A stretch of DNA of 29,285 nt from the NCBI GenBank assembly GCA_964542795.1, contig CAZIUX010000001.1:1-29285 (forward strand), written 5' to 3'. The notes beneath the pieces were generated by a model. It saw only the letters and a list, made by a program, of their open reading frames with translations. It was not told the DNA's origin and did not search any database. A program made the position numbers and the translations under genes. Positions within the stretch are counted from its first letter, which is position 1, and the number at the start of each line of letters is the position of its first letter. Below, in pieces: positions 26,128-29,285 of this stretch. This DNA is from an uncultured Muribaculaceae bacterium (lineage in GTDB: Bacteria > Bacillota_I > Bacilli_A > RF39 > UBA660).

Positions 26128-26769
26128 TCATTTATGATGTCTAGTAACTAGTTCATTAATCTTTCTAAAGTGATGATTAACCCCTGATTTAGTTATTTTT
26201 AAATCGGTTTCTATCGATATTATATCTGCAAGTTCCTTTAAAGAGCTATCTGGGTATTTAACTCTATAATCGGCTATCACTTTTGTTTTTTCATCTAATA
26301 ATTCTATTAAATCATTATCTTTAAGATAATTAATTTTTCTAATTTGATCCATGGCAGCTTCAATAGATTTTTCTGTATTCGCTTGTTCACAATTATTTAA
26401 TCTATTAACCATATTTTTATGATCTCTATAGATTCTTATATCTTCAAAGTAAAAGAAAGAGTTAGTGGCTGCAATTATTTTGATGAATTCACTAATCTCA
26501 TCTGCAGCTTTAACATAAACCATGTAACCTTTTTCTCTTTTAATGTATTTACTATTTATATTCAAAGATTTTAATACTTTATTAATTAATAGGACATCTT
26601 TATATTGATTAACAAAAAATTCTAAGTGATAACTTCCCGTTTTAGGATCATTTATTGAACCACAGGCCAAAAACAAACCATTTAAAAATGATTGTTTTTC
26701 TTCAAATGAATCCAAAGAATATTGGTTTATAAGTTTTATATCATCCTGAATTTGGCTAATTTTTTCTTT
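26128..26769 (-). pseudogene. whiA: WhiA, C-terminal part (LAGLIDADG-like plus HTH)
   Basis: FLNGLFLACGSINDP..YHLEF, YVKAADEISEF, NMVNRLNNCEQAN, SLKELA, KSGVNH. Frame is open from KEKISQ at 26769. Confidence 0.9.
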
Positions 26770-26995
26770 TAAATCTTTTTTGTCTTCTAATTGTTAGACC
26801 AATATTTATTTTGTAATTTTCTTTAAGTAATTTAAATACTCTTCTAGCGACCGATGCGTTCTCAATAAAAATACTTAATTCATTATTATGAAATTTACCA
26901 TTTAATTTAATGTATATTAATAATTCAGTCCTTGACTCTACAATACTATTATCTATTTTAGATATTTCATCCTTAATCCTGGTTGTAAAAGTCAT
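26756..26995 (-). pseudogene. whiA: WhiA, N-terminal part
   Basis: MTFTTRIKDEI...ENASVARRVFKLLK...RRQKRF then a premature TAG; out of frame with the rest. Confidence 0.88.
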
Positions 26996-27005
26996 AGAAA
27001 TTCAC

Positions 27006-28208
27006 CTATCTCCCTGAGAACGTTTCTCCCTTTTTAGGAAGTTTTAAGTACGCTTGTGCGTCAAAACACCTTACTAAATATGTAGAGTAAGCACTGTAAG
27101 AGTCTGAACCTGTCCCACCATAATGTCCTGTAGCCATTGCAAAATGTAAGTGAGCTCCTGTTGAACACCTATCATATGATGAAGTACCTGATCCACCACC
27201 CACAGTTCCTACAATGGAATCACTTGTGACAACATCTCCTATTTTAACACGAATAGATAATAAATGTGTATATTGTGTCGTATATTTTTTTCCATTAACA
27301 TTATGCCAAACGAATACGCTATTTCCACCACAATTTGCTCGATAAATTATTTTCCCAACAGTACCAGCTGCTGCAGCATAAACGCTTGTTCCTTCAGAAT
27401 TTCCTCCGATGTCAATTGCATTATGAAATGAATTTACTTTTCCCGTTGTAGGATGAACCCTATAACCAAATAAACTAGTTATTCTTCCTGATTTTAAAGG
27501 ATACCTAAATCCAGTATCAGTTACAACTCTTAAACAATAATCAATATCTTGATTTTCTTCGCACCCTGCTTTTTCAACAAATTTAATATATTCTTTAGCA
27601 CTCTTGATATCATCTTCTATATCAACTGATATTTCAGTTATTTCAGATAATTGATCTCCTAATGATGCAACTTTATTTTCTAATTTAGTAATTTGTTTAC
27701 TTAAAGCAATTTCTCTATTAGTTAAGTCAATTTGTAATTGTTCATTTTCCTTAATTAAATTATTAAATTTTTTTATTTCATCTTCTTGCCATTTTAATAG
27801 TTGCTCGGATACTGAATAACGATAAATTAAATCTGTTAAATTTTCAGCATTAAAGACATATTCTAAATATTCATTATTTTCAGAGGCCATTTGATAGGCT
27901 AAAATCACTTCATTCATTTGAGCTTTTTGAATATCGATTTTAGCTTTCGATTCTTCAACTTTAACTTTAGCTTGTTCAATTTTACCCTTATTAGTTTCTA
28001 TTTCATTTTGAGAATTATATATATTTTGTTTTGTATTATTTATTTGTGATTGGGTTTGTTTCTTTTCATTATCATTTTTTCTTTTTTGAGCTTCTAGTTC
28101 TTTTAAATCCGCACGAAGACTAGCAAGTGTATTTGCTTTAGCGGCACTTACTGTCATTATATTACAAAAGAAAGATAGTAATATTACTATAACTAACGCT
28201 TTTTTCAT
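27006..28208 (-). CDS. Secreted coiled-coil M23 metallopeptidase (EnvC/CwlO-like partner of FtsEX)
   Basis: Signal peptide, ~200-aa coiled coil, M23 motifs HNAID, YTHL and HLHF. ATGA overlap with ftsX. Confidence 0.92.
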   Translation of the reverse strand: MKKALVIVILLSFFCNIMTVSAAKANTLASLRADLKELEAQKRKNDNEKKQTQSQINNTKQNIYNSQNEIETNKGKIEQAKVKVEESKAKIDIQKAQMNEVILAYQMASENNEYLEYVFNAENLTDLIYRYSVSEQLLKWQEDEIKKFNNLIKENEQLQIDLTNREIALSKQITKLENKVASLGDQLSEITEISVDIEDDIKSAKEYIKFVEKAGCEENQDIDYCLRVVTDTGFRYPLKSGRITSLFGYRVHPTTGKVNSFHNAIDIGGNSEGTSVYAAAAGTVGKIIYRANCGGNSVFVWHNVNGKKYTTQYTHLLSIRVKIGDVVTSDSIVGTVGGGSGTSSYDRCSTGAHLHFAMATGHYGGTGSDSYSAYSTYLVRCFDAQAYLKLPKKGETFSGR

Positions 28209-29104
28209 ATTTTCAAATACTTCCTTACTGCTCGATAACTACCTAGCATCCCAACTAATGATCCAATTATCAATAGTAGTAATGATAGTAAATATACTAA
28301 TTTATTCGGACTAATTAAAGTAAACATTCTAGAAAAAATATAGCCATCTAAGTTTGTGTATACTAAAGTATAACCATATATAGTCGCGGCAATTGGTACT
28401 AATGAACCTAAGACACCAATTATTAAACCTTCAACTAAATGTGGAAATCTAATTGCAAAATTAGATGTTCCAACAAGTCTCATAATATCTATTTCTGTTC
28501 GTCTACTATAAATAGTAATTTTAATTGTATTACTAATTAAAAATGCCGAAACTAAAATCATACTTATAACAACAATTATTGTAATTTTTTCAATTACTGA
28601 AAATATTGATAATAGTTGTTCCACCATTCCTTCACCATATTGAACAGCAGATACTTCTTCTAAGCCACCAATTTCTTTTGCTGTTTCATTTATATGATTT
28701 ACATCTTCAACCTTAACTAAATAAGTATCCTTTAAAGGAACATTTGTGTCATTAAATTGACTCAATATAGATTTATAGGTTTCTGATTCTATACTCATTT
28801 TGTTCTTAATTTCCACTTTTGATTGAAAAACAATATTGTCAATGTTGTCCATATTGTCTAGTTTAGTCTTCAAACTATTAATTTGATCTTGAGTTGCATC
28901 TTTTTGCATGAATACCACTATTGTAATGTCATTTTCGATTTGTTTAGTTATATCATTTAAATTGCTTGATAAAATAATTGATATTGAAACGAGCAATAAC
29001 ATTATGATAATACATACAATAGAAGCAATACTTAAACTGAAGTTGCGGAAAACTCCCTTAAAAGAATCTCTTACGCCTGTTTTAAGCAGCCTTATTGATT
29101 TCAT
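28205..29104 (-). CDS. ftsX: Cell-division ABC transporter permease FtsX
   Basis: RNFSLSIAS, extracellular loop, ISNTIKITIYSRRTEIDIMRLVG....IRFP..VEG. Confidence 0.96.
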   Translation of the reverse strand: MKSIRLLKTGVRDSFKGVFRNFSLSIASIVCIIIMLLLVSISIILSSNLNDITKQIENDITIVVFMQKDATQDQINSLKTKLDNMDNIDNIVFQSKVEIKNKMSIESETYKSILSQFNDTNVPLKDTYLVKVEDVNHINETAKEIGGLEEVSAVQYGEGMVEQLLSIFSVIEKITIIVVISMILVSAFLISNTIKITIYSRRTEIDIMRLVGTSNFAIRFPHLVEGLIIGVLGSLVPIAATIYGYTLVYTNLDGYIFSRMFTLISPNKLVYLLSLLLLIIGSLVGMLGSYRAVRKYLKI

Positions 29105-29252
29105 GAGTCTTATAACTTCCTTTCTCTTGATCGTATGTTAAAACACCATTATCAATACAGATAACTCTTTTTTTCATTCGATTCACTATTTCTTTAGAGT
29201 GAGTTGCCATGATAACAGTCATTTGTGTTTCACGATTTATTTCTTCAATAAC
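29082..29252 (-). CDS. ftsE: FtsE ABC ATPase, C-terminal fragment
   Basis: Manual translation VIEEINRETQMTVIMATHSKEIVNRMKKRVICIDNG...HEINKAA* contains the H-loop (MATH). Overlaps the ftsX start. The last 33 nt of the window are not FtsE-like. Confidence 0.9.
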   Translation of the reverse strand, partial: VIEEINRETQMTVIMATHSKEIVNRMKKRVICIDNGVLTYDQEKGSYKTHEINKAA

Positions 29253-29285
29253 CAAATAATAATCATTTTCTAAATCATTCCAAGC

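Noticed and set aside
765-29141. Plus-strand ORFs in the track (765, 3155, 3837, 5863, 9313, 13532, 15777, 17300, 18165, 18885, 20611, 25882, 28908)
   Set aside because: All lie wholly or largely antisense to well-supported genes and show no recognisable motif; typical shadow ORFs.
1-29285. CRISPR array, tRNA/rRNA, IS or integrase
   Set aside because: No regularly spaced repeats, cloverleaf or rRNA-like GC-rich segments, or transposase/recombinase motifs were seen, and intergenic gaps are short.

Overview
A very AT-rich window from a genome-reduced, low-GC Bacilli-type organism. An RF39-like lineage is an inference from gene content. The code is 11: TGA ends ftsX and the holin-family gene in ATGA overlaps. 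Almost all genes lie on the minus strand. Reading in that direction: a 3' fragment of ftsE, ftsX, an M23 coiled-coil hydrolase, a frameshifted whiA, a membrane protein, a YvlD/holin_4_2-family gene, lgt, trxB, mrnC, rlmB, sigH, secE, nusG, a PHP gene (plus strand), rplK, rplA, the L10 leader, rplJ and rplL. Next come an accessory gene pair, a frameshifted rnr, smpB, a four-gene SipW cassette, secG, a membrane-anchored alpha-2-macroglobulin-like gene, gpmI, an orphan, rpsJ and the start of rplC. No rRNA, tRNA, CRISPR array, transposase or prophage was recognised. There are two main candidates for undescribed systems. (1) At 14039-16889, a translationally coupled pair encodes a RelE/Gp49-like-domain protein and a helical-repeat (mTERF-like) protein. 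Its promoter fires inside the rplL terminator hairpin, whose 3' arm is also the gene's Shine-Dalgarno (SD). (2) At 7975-11394, a cassette encodes two SipW-signal TasA-like subunits, an ER-type signal peptidase fused to a polytopic membrane domain, and a DUF5305-like protein. Several short lesions (rnr, whiA, an L1 half-site, the ftsE edge) may be assembly artefacts or deletion-driven erosion. All family assignments come from motif recognition by eye; no searches were run.
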